A DNA stretch of 64,000 bases, from NCBI RefSeq assembly GCF_006345805.1, contig NC_043000.1:33108001-33172000 (forward strand), in the 5' to 3' direction. The DNA is from Octopus sinensis (lineage: Eukaryota). The notes below the pieces were generated by a model. It saw only the letters and a program-made list of their open reading frames with translations. It was not told the DNA's origin and searched no databases. Position numbers and translations under genes: made by a program. Of the stretch, positions 13,048 through 26,629 are shown one piece after another (positions within the stretch are counted from its first letter, which is position 1; each line of letters begins with the position of its first letter).

Positions 13048-14265
13048 ATACATACATACATACATACATACATACATACATACATACATACATGCATACT
13101 CATACATGCATACATACATACATACATACATACATACATACATACATACATGCATACATGCATACATACCTACATACATACATACTACATACATACATAC
13201 ATACATACATGCATACATGCATACATACATACATACATACATACATGCATACATACATACCATACATACATACATACATAACATACATACAATGCATACA
13301 TGCATAACATGCTACATACATACATGCATACACATACATACTCATAACATACATACATACATACTACATACATATCATTACATGCATACAACATACATGC
13401 ATACATACATACATACATACATACATACATACTACATCATACATACATACATGCATACATGCATATACATACATGCATACATACATACATACATACATAC
13501 ATACATACATACATACATACATACACACATACATACATACATACATACATACATACATACATGCATACATGCATACATACATACATACATACATACATGC
13601 ATACATACATACATACATGCATACATGCATACATACATACATAAATGCATACATGCATACATGCATACATGCATACATACATACATACATACATACATAC
13701 ATGCATACATACATACATACATACATACATACATACATACATACATACATACATGCATACATGCATACATACATACATACATGCATACATGCATACATAC
13801 ATACATACATACATACATACATACATGCATACATACATACATACATACATACATCATGCATACATGCATACATAAATACATACATACAACATACATACAT
13901 ACATACATGCAACATGCACTACATGCATACATACATACATACATACATACATACATACATACATACATGCATACATGCATACATACATACATACATACAT
14001 ACATACATACATCAATGCATACATGCATACATGCATACATCACATACATACAATACATACATACATACATACATACATACATACATACATACATGCATAC
14101 TGCATACATACATACATACATACATACATGCATACATGCATACATGCATACATGCATACATGCATACATACATACATACATACATACATACATACACACT
14201 TACATACATATATACATACATATATACATACATATATACATGCATACATCCACGCATACATACAT
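13048..14265. repeat. About 1.2 kb (CATA)n/(CATG)n microsatellite
   Basis: Directly visible. Confidence 0.95.
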
Positions 14266-15399
14266 AGCTGGAGAACGATATTGAAAAATAAGGAAGTTCA
14301 TAGACAGCAAATAAGTGTGAGTGGAGAGATATCAAAATAAGGTGAGTGGTAGGACCAGGGGTAATTGGGTGGGGGTATGTGTATATGCAGAGTGTATATG
14401 TGAGGTTGTATATTTTGAGGGTATTAAAGTTTTAATGGTAAAAATATGTGGCTGTCGAATAATTATAATTACAAGTATATTTAGTGGCCAGAAGAAATGT
14501 ATGGTTCTGTGGAGATAGGTCGGGGGTACCATTTGTACTTCCGGTAGAATATGGAGAGAAGTTTTGGAGGCAGGGTTGAGACTTGACGTAAGGGGTGTAG
14601 TTGGGTGACTGTTTGTAATAAGAAGAGAGACAGTGCAGAGGGGTGGGCGTGAGTGGAATTATCTAAGATATACATTTGAAACGTGACGAACCATCGTGGC
14701 TACTCGAAAGGCAAGAAACATCAGCCAATTCTACGTTAAATGATTCACTTTGGTTTTGAAAAGTGAGGAACACAACGGATATAGTAATTCTAGATCTACC
14801 CGAGTGAAAGCATGGGTGGCCACTGTTACAAGGTCATGAGTGTAAGCAGTAAAGGTTGGCCTGGGGTAAATAACAACAAACTGGAAATATAAAAAACACA
14901 GATCTGGAAATTCAGGGTTTTCAAGGAAAAACAACAAAGACACAGTAAGGGACATAGAGAAGGGAGAAATGGTAAAATAGCGAACAGGGACCACGAGAAA
15001 GGGAGAAGTAGTGAAATAGGGAACGGAGAAGGGAGACTTTGTAAAATAGGGAACACGGACCGTAAAATACGGGAGAGGTAGAGAAATAGGGAACAGAGAA
15101 GGGAGACGTAGTGAAAGAGGGAAGAGGGACCACGAAAAAGTGACCGGGAGTAAAATAGGGAAGATAGAAAAGGGAGAGAATTGAGAATTTTTGCTGAGAT
15201 GAAAGAAAAAAACTTAGAAAAAGTAAAATGATATTGTAAATGTTTCATTGTGTTTTTGTGTGAGGAACCCGAGGAGCGCCCTTATCCATTTCTGTGAATG
15301 GTTGGAGGGAAACAAATAGGGTTTCTCTCTCTAGATTTCGCTGTAGGCATTTCGGTGAGAGCATAGGAGGGAGTTTAAAATGGGCTAAGCCTATGCCAC

Positions 15400-16000
15400 C
15401 GCCACCATCACCGCTACCACCACCACAACCATCAATCATTCAACCAACCAGCATCTTTATCATAAATCACTATCACTATCACCACTGTAGAGCCACCGCG
15501 ACGGCCACGACTATCGCAACTATCATCATCACCACCACCACCACTACCACTACCACCGACAACAACAACAATTTAACCATCAACATCACTACCACCACCC
15601 ACTGCCCAACACCCCAACCTACCACCACCACCACCACCACCACCACCACCTCCTCCACCACTTCCAACACTTCCAACACTATCCACAACCACCACCATCC
15701 ACAACTACCACTACCACCAAAACCAGCATCATTACCACCATCATCACCAAAACCAGCAGCATCACCACCACCACCAAAACCACCACCACAACCACCACCA
15801 CCCACAACCACCACCACCCACAACCACCACTTCCACCACCATAATAACAACACCACTATACAACTAACACCCCCACTAAGCCACAACCAACGCCATCAAA
15901 ACCTCCAACAACAACAACAACAACAACAACAGCAACAAAAGCAACTCCCACCACCACTACCACCACCACCGCCGCCGCCGCCACCACCGCCCGCCCGCCA
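15400..16000. repeat. (CCA)n/(CAA)n low-complexity tract
   Basis: Directly visible. It explains the Pro/Thr/His/Gln-rich ORF. Confidence 0.85.
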
Positions 16001-16468
16001 CCATGAAGTGTTAAGTACAAAGCTTTCCAGTTGTTTATGCAACAATGTGTGTATGTTGATGAAAGCCGAGCAAAAAGTAAAATGCTGTCTCGTTGTGTTG
16101 GGTTTGCGAGATGGCAACATTAGGCAAGTATTTCATTAGTAAATTACTGGCGAACATGCTTCCGGTCTTCAGTGACGCAGCCGGAAATGAACAATTTGAC
16201 ATCAGCGCTGCAGCGGCAGATGTTTTCAGCGTAGAGAGACACTAAAGTTGATAATGGCTGAGGTAGTTGGAGTGGACATGTTGCCTGTGGTGGTCGTAGG
16301 ACAAGAACTGTAAGACAGGAGGTGGAGAGAGACTAGAGAGATAGATAGAGAGAGAGAGAGAGGGAGAGAGAGAGAGGGAGAGGGAGGGAGAGAGAGAGAG
16401 AGGGAGAGAGAGAGAGAGTGAGAGATAGACAGACAGACAGATAGATAGACAAACAGACAGACAGATAG

Positions 16469-16508
<40 letters not shown>

Positions 16509-16580
16509 GGGGAGAGAGAGACAGATAGAAAGATAGATAAATACATGGATAGATAGACAAACAGACAGACAGACAGATAG

Positions 16581-16635
<55 letters not shown>

Positions 16636-16740
16636 GAGACAGAGAGATAGATAAATTCATGGTTAGATAGACAGATGCATTTATGGATGGTAGGGTAGAT
16701 GGACGGCTAGATAGAAAGGGAGACACAGGAAGACAAAGAG

Positions 16741-16779
<39 letters not shown>

Positions 16780-16916
16780 GATAGGCTGATGGAGAGACAG
16801 ACATAGAGGGAGAGGGTGAGAAAGCGTGAATGAATGACAAAGAGAAAGAGACAGAAAGAGAAAGATGTCATTCAAAATATCAATACACTTGAATAGAAGC
16901 ATATATGTACCGTTAG

Positions 16917-16983
<67 letters not shown>

Positions 16984-17273
16984 CACGTCCGTATGTAAAA
17001 CTGTATTATCTCCGTTGAATTTGGTTCAATCGAAGTTGACTGCTTTCACATCAAGTACTCAATACATAACACAAGTGCAGTTCTATATTTATATTTAAAA
17101 TTCGGCACGCGCTTGAAAACATCGGTGTGTCATATACATACATACATACATACATACATACATACATACATACATACATACATACATACATACATACAAA
17201 TACGAGTGGGTAGACTGACGAAAGAAGGGCACTCAACACGTTTATTGGGAGTTACATGTATAAATCAAAACAG

Positions 17274-17691
17274 GAATCTTTTCGGTTTGAACGGCAGTTT
17301 TTAAAAATAATTTCCACGTAACTAAACACTTTTAAACTTCGCATACTGGTAGAATGTGTTTATAAAACATCTTTTTCTCTTGGTTTTATTGAGAAAATTC
17401 TATGGTTTGTAAGATATTTGTTGTTTTTTTCTTCAATTTCTGCAATTTCAACCAATCAATGACGTCTTTTGAGGTGAAAACATTCTGTGCCGTATGAATA
17501 TGTCCCTCGTTTAAGAAACAGATTGGGTTTATTTACATTTCTGAAGAAAAAAAGATACCCTTCCCCCACCCCTAACCCTAACTAACCCTAAAACAGATTG
17601 AAATGCAATAGATCGATACTAGGGTCATAATTATGGGTGACAATTTCATATGATACCGCTAGAAAAAACTGCCGTTCAAACTGAAAAGATC
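17274..17691. mobile_element. Non-autonomous TIR element with 9-10 bp TSD and internal telomere-like repeats
   Basis: TIRs atcttttcggtttgaacggcagttttt / aaaaactgccgttcaaactgaaaagat. ATCAAAACAG is duplicated at 17264-17273 and 17692-17701. ccctaaccctaactaaccctaa lies at about 17570-17592. Confidence 0.85.
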
Positions 17692-18061
17692 ATCAAAACA
17701 GTTTGTTTCAGACTCCTTGGTACTCTGGGTTTCAAGCACGTGACGAGTCTTCGGCCATTGGAGTCCGAATGAAGGTTCCATTGAAGAGAGTCAATGTTTA
17801 TTACTGGACGTTAGCTTGCGATTGGTCGACAAAGGCCACGCGGTATTAATGTTGGTAATTAGCGACAACAGTTAGATGGAAGATACTGCATGCTGAATCG
17901 ACTGCGTGGTGGACAAGATGGTGTGGTTGGGGTGAGGTAGGAATGGGCGGTAGATGTTGGGGTATATATGTGTATATGTACATGTACATGCCCATATATC
18001 TACGTGTATAGGAGTGTGTGTGTGTGCGCTTAGATGTACATTCACACATCCGCCTGCGCGT

Positions 18062-18107
<46 letters not shown>

Positions 18108-18709
18108 GCAACACACACACATACACACTCAAACATATACACACACATACACTCACTCAGACACACACACACGAAAGCGCACACGCAAACGCGCGCGCAC
18201 ACATGTATACACACACATACACACTCAGACATACGCACACACATACGCATACACTCACTCAGACATACACACACGAAGGCGCACACGCAAACACGCGCGC
18301 ACACATACACACACGCGTGTACACCTTTATCATCATGTACATATGCACACGAGCACACGCACACTCGCGCGCACACACAAGCATGCACGTGTACATACAT
18401 CCGCACGCACGGGTAGCCATGTTAATGGGCGCGCATGCGCACATAATCTGTATGCATGCATATGGTGAGCAGATGCATATGCGCACTCACGTGCAAATAC
18501 ACTCATGTGGTGATGCATAAGGGGTGATGTACAAGGGGTGATCTATGCAGGTAGACAGCCCTGAGGAAGTGTTGGGAACTGGTGATTTGCAATGCTGCTC
18601 ATTGGGGTTAATTTGTAGCGGTAACCTTGGTGCAGTCGGTGCTGGGGGTGGCTAGTACTAAGGAGATATAACTAGCTTGTCAGCTACCAGTGGCTTGAAA
18701 TTTACCAGA

Positions 18710-18995
18710 AGGGTGGATCTTTGGTGACAGCAATACGATGCCTCATATTTCTTGTTGATGGATACTGCGGGCTGAGAGATGATATGCGATATTTCGCGGA
18801 GGTACTGCAGGAAATTTGGGGCGTCGGGTGAATATGGTGGCGCCCTGTCGATAATAGTTCACTTGAGGCTAGGCATTTCGTTTCAGAGGTCATGAACTCT
18901 CCAGAGAAAGTGCGACAGGGAAGTGGAGTTCTCTCTGTCCAAGGATGTAAATGAATGCAAGTGCTAGGAATATCTTTCTTTGAAGGCATTGGCTG
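18710..18995 (-). pseudogene. Disrupted GIY-YIG endonuclease C-terminal fragment (Penelope-like)
   Basis: TANAFKERYS*HLHSFTSLDRENSTSLSHFLWRV...*TIIDRAPPYS...SINKKYE...CCH, colinear with the better-preserved copy at 44480-44890. Confidence 0.7.
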
Positions 18996-19837
18996 TCATG
19001 CTCGTGTATGCGTGCGCGTGTGCGTGCGCGTGTGCGTGCGCGTGTGCATGTGCTGGTGTGCATATGTACATGGAGATAAAAGTGTGTCCGTGTGTATGTG
19101 TGCGAGTGTGTGTGTATATGTGCACGCGCGTGTCTGCCTTCGTGTGTGTGTGTGAGTGTGTGTTTGTGTGTGAGGTGTGTGTGCATACGTTGCGGCTATG
19201 TGAATGTACATCTAAGCACACATACACATTCGTATAAGTACTGATATATCGGCATATACACATATACATCCCAACATCTACTGCCCCTTCCCACCTCACC
19301 CCAACCACACCACCGATATCTTGTCCACCACGAGGTCGATTTCCGTTCACCATGAGGTATTTTCCATCTACCTGTTGTCGCTAAATACCAACATCAATAC
19401 CTTGTGACCTTTCTCGACCAATCGCAAGCTAACGCCCAGTAATAAACATTGACACTCTTCAATCGAACCTTCATTCGGACTCCAATGGCCGAAGGATAGT
19501 CATGTTCTTGAAACTCAGAGTACCAAGGATTTTGAATCAAACTGTTTTGATCTATGTTTATCAATGGACAAGCGTGAAGGGAAAAAATGTATAGTGCGTG
19601 TGTTTATTTGGCAAAAAAGATAATAAAAATGTGACCCTCTCGAAATACAACAATATGCTGTGATCTATCTGTCAGTCTGTCTGTCTGTAATGTGTGTAAC
19701 TGTGTGGGTTTGAGTGTGTCTTTGCATGTACGTATATATATTTTTGTACACATACTCGCATACACACACACGTACATACAATAATCTATTTGCAAATATG
19801 TGTACATCCCTCCATATATACGCACACAAAGAGGAGA

Positions 19838-19975
19838 AAGAAGAAGAAGAAGAAGAAGAAGAAGAAGAAGAAGAAGAAGAAGAAGAAGAAGAAGAAGAAG
19901 AAGAAGAAGAAGAAGAAGAAGAAGAAGAAGAAGAAGAAGAAGAAGAAGAAGAAGAAGAAGAAGAAGAAGAAGAAA
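19838..19975. repeat. Pure (GAA)n tract of roughly 45 units followed by (GAT)n
   Basis: Directly visible. Confidence 0.95.
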
Positions 19976-20477
19976 AAGAATCTGATGATGATGATGATGA
20001 TGATGATGATGGTGAAACGTCAGGACCTGACAATCCGTGGCATGTGTTGTTGATTTATTGTTGAAATTTTGGTCGAGTCACTTAAAACTGGAGGTGTGGG
20101 GGTGGGGAACAAAGAAAAGGAGGAGCAGGAGGACGGGGAGGAGGAGGATATGGAATAGGTGGGATGGTGGTGATTTAATGAGATTGGAAATGGTAAGAAT
20201 GAAAGAAACAAATAGGAAATGATGTTGGAAAGGACAAGAAAATGGAAGAGGTGGGAATAAGAGATGGAGAGAAATGGAGAGAGAGAGGGGGAGGGAGAGC
20301 AGGGAGGAAGAGGGAGAGAGTTGTGGGAGTAGTAGGAGTAGTGAAGGGAAATGTAGGTGGAGTGATAAATGGAATCATGAAATAGATTTATTAAATTTCA
20401 GAATATATATATGTGTGATGTACGTGCATGTGTGTATGTGTGTGCATCTGTGTGTGTGTCTGTATATATATATATAC

Positions 20478-20550
<73 letters not shown>

Positions 20551-20943
20551 TATATATATATATATATTAATATATATATTTATATATATTAATATTTAAT
20601 ATTTAATTCTATGCTTTCCTAAAAAATGATTTCGAAACGTACGTCCGTAGATAACTTAAAATGTATGATGGATTGCCGTCATTCATTCTCTCTTACCTGT
20701 TTGTGTCTGCCTTCCAATTGCTGTTTTTACTGAGATCTCCCTTTTTAGTAGAAGAAATAGCTATAACTCTTTGACTGCTATTTCTAAATTCGGTATGTGG
20801 TAAGGCAATTCGTTGCTAAACCCTTTATTGCTTAGTATATATTTATATATATATTTATATATATATATATATTTATATAAACGCATATGTTTAAGTACAC
20901 ACACACACACACACATACACAGATACACACACATATATACATA

Positions 20944-21487
20944 CACGAGGGGAAGTTAAAAATTATCCGCACTTTCGCCATAACATATCTTTATTACAAT
21001 TATACTGCCTTCTGCGCATGCGTACATATAGTTGGTACTGTGGTGGTCACGTGATCGAAGTTTGAGCCTGATCGCACCATTTTTCTTTCTGGCTTGACAG
21101 TGTAAGCCTGGCCGCTCCACTAGCAGTGTGCACCAAAGAAGAACAAAGAGCAGTGATCCGATCTCTCTGGTCGGAAGGTGTGTCAGGTGGTGAAATTTTC
21201 ATCGGAGCCCTTTGGCACAATATGAGAAGCTCGAGAATCGGTAATGGTGAACCGGTCAACTATTACCATTTCTCGGATCACTGCTCTTTGTTCTTCTTTG
21301 GTGCATGTTGCTAGAGGAGCGGCCATGCTTATACTGCAAAAGCCAGAAAGAAAAATGGCGCGATCAGGCTCAAACTTCGATCAAGTGACCACAATAATAC
21401 CAATTATAAGCACACATGCGCAGAAAGCAGTGTCACAGTGATAAAGATATATTATAGCGTAAGTGCAGATAACTTTTGACTTCCCTC

Positions 21488-21490
<3 letters not shown>
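20944..21490. mobile_element. Mariner-derived foldback MITE made of two inverted 5' ends
   Basis: TA|CACGAGGG...CCCTCGTG|TA. Arms of about 200 bp each encode the transposase start (AAPLA.CTKEEQRAVIR). Confidence 0.85.
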
Positions 21491-21547
<57 letters not shown>

Positions 21548-21723
21548 CATACGCACTCATACACACACGCACATATAACAGATATATCCAATTAAATTTT
21601 GATTGATTGAAAATTCTCTCTCTTGCTCCTAAATTTTCATTAGCACTAGTGTTTGCTTTTCATTAAGTATAAGGCTTCAATCTATAAACAGGTGTGTGTG
21701 TGTATGTATATATATATATATAT

Positions 21724-21766
<43 letters not shown>

Positions 21767-21803
21767 CATATATACATATATATATACATATATTTATATA
21801 TAT

Positions 21804-21847
<44 letters not shown>

Positions 21848-23726
21848 ATATTATATATATATATATATAGTTAGATAGACATATATATACACACACGCGT
21901 GCACATACATATGTCTTAATATAAATCTCAGTGATGTTCCTCTGTTTGTTACGTTCTATGTTCGTTAACTCCTCCTAGACCATTGGTGCAAGGACAACGA
22001 AACTCAAACCATCAACTGCCCTAATTCCAGGCATGTCCTGAGGGGGTCTGTTTTTGTAAGAGCCGCTTAATTGGGGCCCCACTGACCCCCTTATTGCTAC
22101 TACATTTACCTCGCTCCTACGCTTGTTGATTAAACTATGATCAGCATCAGTTCTTAGCACATTTGCAGAAGTAAGTTTGGACATTCTAAATACCTTCACG
22201 TACATTCAAATCGAGATAAAGAATTATAACAGGTACATTTCAGGTGTGGTAGTGTGAACATTTATATTTTGTAGTTTATGAAACTTATGTCTGGTATATA
22301 TGCAAATAAAACAAAAGTGGTGTTGTAGTTTCTAACAACGAATGGCTATAAGTGGTTCATCATTGAGCGGCTAGATATATATTAGAAAGAAAGAATGAAC
22401 AAGCAAACAACGTGGTACACGTTAGAGCTTGTAATTTAGAATTTAAACCTAATTGCAGTTGCAAAAGTAAATAAGCGATTAAAAAGATGGAAGAAGAAAA
22501 ATAAGAATGTGAAGAAGAGAAAACGAAGAAGCAAATAACATGAAGAACTTATGGAAGAAATATAAAAGAATAGGAAAAGAAGAGAAAAAAAGAAGTAAAA
22601 GTACAGTCGGGGCGGGGGGGTGAGAGGTGAATAATCGAAAGTTAGAAGAAGGAAATAATGAAGAAATTAAAAGTTGAAAGAGTCTCTAAAGGAAGAAATG
22701 GAGAATGAATGAAGATGTATGAAAGAGGAATGAAAGTAAGAACTTGGCTAGAAAAATAGGAGAAAGAAATAAGAAGATATGGAAGAGGAATGGTTAAGAA
22801 CTGAAGACGTGGAAAGGAAAGTTTAAAGTATGGACGACAGATAAGTGTGGAATATTGGAAGGCAGAAGAGAATCTGGAAGGCTAGAGATGAAGAGAGGAA
22901 ATAATGGCTTATAAAAAGACGATAAAAAGAAAGAGCGATGCACGTGGAAGACTGGAAGTACGGAGGATATAAAAGAAAGCAGGGAGGAAGGTAAGAAAAA
23001 TTGATGCGCATGGAAAAACTGAAGTTATGGAAGAGAAAAAAAGGTATGGAGTATGAGAAAGGTAAGAAAGAACGACATGTATGGATGACTAGAGGTGTAG
23101 AAACAGAAAAAATGTGGTGCAAATGGATGACTGGAAGTGTTTTGATGACATGAAAATAAGGATTATAGAAAAGTAACGGAGATTTTGGTGAAAATAAGGA
23201 TGCGCTACAAATAGGGATGTTCGTGTCTAACGTCGGGATGTACACACGCCATATTTATCTCTGTCTCTCCATATTAAATGTCATTATATTTATTATATAG
23301 GTGTAAATTATGGCTGTAATGGGGTTACATGAAAGGAGGTACACAATGATAGACTCAGTCGCCAACAACAGCAGCAGTAGCAGCTGTACCAGCACGAGCA
23401 AGTGTAGTGGTAGTAACAGCAGTAGTAATAGCAGCGGTAGTAGCACCAGCAGCAGTAGCAGCACTGCTCCGACATAATCCCCATCGTTAGTAATAATACT
23501 AACAGCTTTATCATGAAGTGATAAAGTGGGGAAGTGGACATAGTTGTGAGATACGGGATGGTGAACAGACAACAGATGAGGGAGAGTGAGTGAAAAAGAG
23601 AGAGAGAACTGGGAAAGCGAGAGAGGAAGAGAGAGAGAATCTGAAGAGACTGGTGTTGGTCAGTGTCAGCAAGACATTCATTAGTAAAATCGGCGAAAGG
23701 AGCCCAGTAAATTTGCAATGGAGAGA

Positions 23727-23842
23727 GAAAACCCCAACGTTTCGGATAACGTCCTTCTTCAAGGAAAAGTTGACAAGAGAAATTCATTTGAGTCCTGTCA
23801 CCTTTTCCATGATGAAAGACTCTGTCCGAAACGTTGGTTTTC
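23727..23842. repeat. Inverted pair of degenerate hammerhead-like motifs
   Basis: Plus strand aTGATGAaagac..gtccGAAACGTT and minus strand tTGAAGAaggac..atccGAAACGTT, arranged as an inverted repeat. Confidence 0.5.
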
Positions 23843-24209
23843 CCCTTTACACAGCAACTTCATTATACTCTATTTATACTCTCTCTTTCTACATGTATAT
23901 ACGCATATATAGAGGCACAAACGGTGGGAGGGAGAGACAGACGTTGCATTTATTGAGAAGTTTTAATGTCAGCATAACAGAGAAAATTGGAACCAAAACA
24001 AGAAATGAAAGGGTCTCGACTGCGCATGCTCAGAACAATTGTCACACGAGGAAAACACTTGAGAAAATAAAGAACCATCAGAAGATTTTGGTGAAATATT
24101 GAAGAATAACTGAAATGGAAGCAATCGAAGAGGTGGGCGGGGCAGGGTAGGAGTTATTGATGTTTACAATAGTAAGTGTATGTTTATATATGCCAGGAGG
24201 TATGTGTTG

Positions 24210-24250
<41 letters not shown>

Positions 24251-24419
24251 AGTATGTGTGTGTATGTGTATAATATATATATATATATTCACACAAACAT
24301 AAGTGCGTGTGTGTGTGTGTTTGTATAAATATGCACTCTGTCTGTCCTGTGTCTGCCTGTCTGTGTGTCTCTTTTTGATTCCCTATTTTCCCTCTCTCTT
24401 CCTCTTTTTCCGATTCTCT

Positions 24420-24457
<38 letters not shown>

Positions 24458-25311
24458 CTTATGTTTTCGCATAAACATTACTGTTTGAACATGTGTAGAC
24501 ATGTAATTGCATTTTATAGAAATCTTTCCATTGTATTTATCTATATTTATAAACATGGCAACTTATTACCATTGTTGCTGTTGCTGTTGTTGTTGGTGTT
24601 GGTGTTGGTGGTAGTGGTGGTGGTGGTGGTGGTGGTGGTGGTGGTGGTGGTTATGTTGTCGCTGTAGTCGTGGTTAACGCTACCATTCTTAATTGCCATT
24701 TTATGTCTCTGAGTCTCGGAGGTGTGAGCTAAGAAACACTGATACAGAACAAACAGCTCCCGGACCTCACCGCTACCCCTCCTCGCTCCCCCTCCATCAC
24801 CAGCATGGAATCATTCAACCGTGGCGATGACAATTCTAGCATGGCGTGTCTCCATGCAATCAGCGAGAACTGAATTTCCACTTGTGCCGGAACGATATTA
24901 ACCAATTACAGTGCAGAAGACGATGGTAAGTGTAGATGGAAACCAGACGAGACGAACCAACAGCAACAACAACAACAACAACAACAACAACAACGGACTC
25001 CATTAATGGATGCAGCTGAAATTTGCTTCTGCTCCCTTCACGTTTCTATCAAGAGGCCTGAAACATAAAGAAGTTTCTGGACCTTAAAATTCTTTCAACG
25101 TCATCTTCTTTCTTGTTTTCTTTTTCTTTTGTCTCTTTTAAACGCTTTTTTACACTTTCCAGACTTTATTAGCATTTTCTCAAGAGTGAGGTATTCGCGG
25201 GTATGTATGTATGTATATTCTCTCTCTCTCTCTCCATCAGTTAGATAACTAGATAAATCTACCTATTTATTGAACTGTCCGTCGAGTAATCTATCTGTCT
25301 ATTGCACACGC

Positions 25312-25342
<31 letters not shown>

Positions 25343-25392
25343 ATATATATACATACATATATATTTATGTGTGCGTTTATTCGTGCTTGTAC

Positions 25393-25484
<92 letters not shown>

Positions 25485-25934
25485 TCTTTACATTTATATA
25501 CGTTTATATGTATGTATATCCGTCTTTACATATATATATATACGTTTATATATATATATATATGTATAAAGTATAAATATAAGTGTGTACTTGTATATTC
25601 TATATGCATTTATGAAGGGGGGAGGGGTTATTAAATGAACGCAGGTGAAATTTTCTAATGAAACATTAACGGTTTTATTAAAACGACAGCAAACTAAAGA
25701 ACATTCTGGACTTCAAGATTTTTTTTCGTATTTATTCTCTTCTTTTATTTTGTTTCATTTTTATTTTTTACATAAGAAAATTATCTACTTTTCCATAACT
25801 CATTTAGACTTTGAAAAGAATTATACGTTCATGTATGTATATATCTACCCCTCCCCCACCGACATAAACATATATATATATATATACATATATAGACACA
25901 CACACACACATAGATAAATAGATAATAATTCTTT

Positions 25935-26326
25935 CTACTGGAAGCACAAGACCTCAGATTTGGGGGAAAGGGATTAATTCGATTACATCGACCCCAGTGC
26001 GTAACTGGTACTAATTTTGTCGAGCTCAAAAGGATGAAAGGCAAAGTCAACCGCCGCGAGATTTGAACTCATAACGTAAAGGCAGACGAAATACCTATTT
26101 CTTTACTACCCACAAGGGGCTAAACACAGAGAGGAAAAACAAGGACAGACAAACGGATTAAGTCGATTACATCGACCCCAGTGCGTAACTGGTACTTAAT
26201 TTATCGACCCCGAAAGGATGAAAGGCAAAGTCGACCTCGGCGGAATTTGAACTCAGAACGTAATGGCAGACGAAATACGGCTACGCATTTCGCCTGGCGT
26301 GCTAACGTTTCTGCCAGCTCGCCGCC
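25935..26326 (-). mobile_element. Dimeric tRNA-derived SINE (family 1, Meta-domain-like core)
   Basis: Head ggcggcgagctggcagaa, B-box gagttcaaattc and core gccgaggtcgactttgcctttcatcctttcggggtcgataaattaagtaccag, followed by a second core with a different tail. Confidence 0.85.
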
Positions 26327-26329
26327 CTA

Positions 26330-26394
<65 letters not shown>

Positions 26395-26629
26395 CTCTCT
26401 CTCTCTATATATATATAAGAAATATTGGGGGTGATGTACAGATTTAAAGAAGAAAAAAGAAAAAAGAGAAAAAACACATTTTTAAAACACACACACCCAT
26501 ATTCTCTCTCTTTCACCTTCTTCCTCCTTCTATTCCCCATTATACACACACACACACACACACACACTCCTCTCTCTCTCCCCACTTCATTCACCAATAA
26601 TATAAAAACAGGCAAAACTCTACAAACTG

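Larger units (their letters stand above)
17230..19580. mobile_element. Penelope-like element remnant with inverted terminal arms
   Basis: About 17692-18060 is the reverse complement of about 19200-19550. The centre carries a GIY-YIG endonuclease remnant on the minus strand. Confidence 0.75.

Noticed and set aside
13106-14340. Long ORFs such as the 392-aa HTYI-repeat ORF and the many MYVC, YIYI, LSIY and HTHT ORFs
   Set aside because: These are translations of stop-free microsatellites with no protein-like complexity.
15294-16139. 281-aa Pro/Thr/Gln-rich ORF
   Set aside because: Explained by (CCA)/(CAA) low-complexity DNA, with no domain or splice support.
17570-17592. Telomere or chromosome-fusion scar
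   Set aside because: Only a few CCCTAA units, and they lie inside a TIR-bounded MITE.
19714-20064. Poly-E, poly-K, poly-R and poly-S ORFs
   Set aside because: These are readings of the (GAA)n tract.
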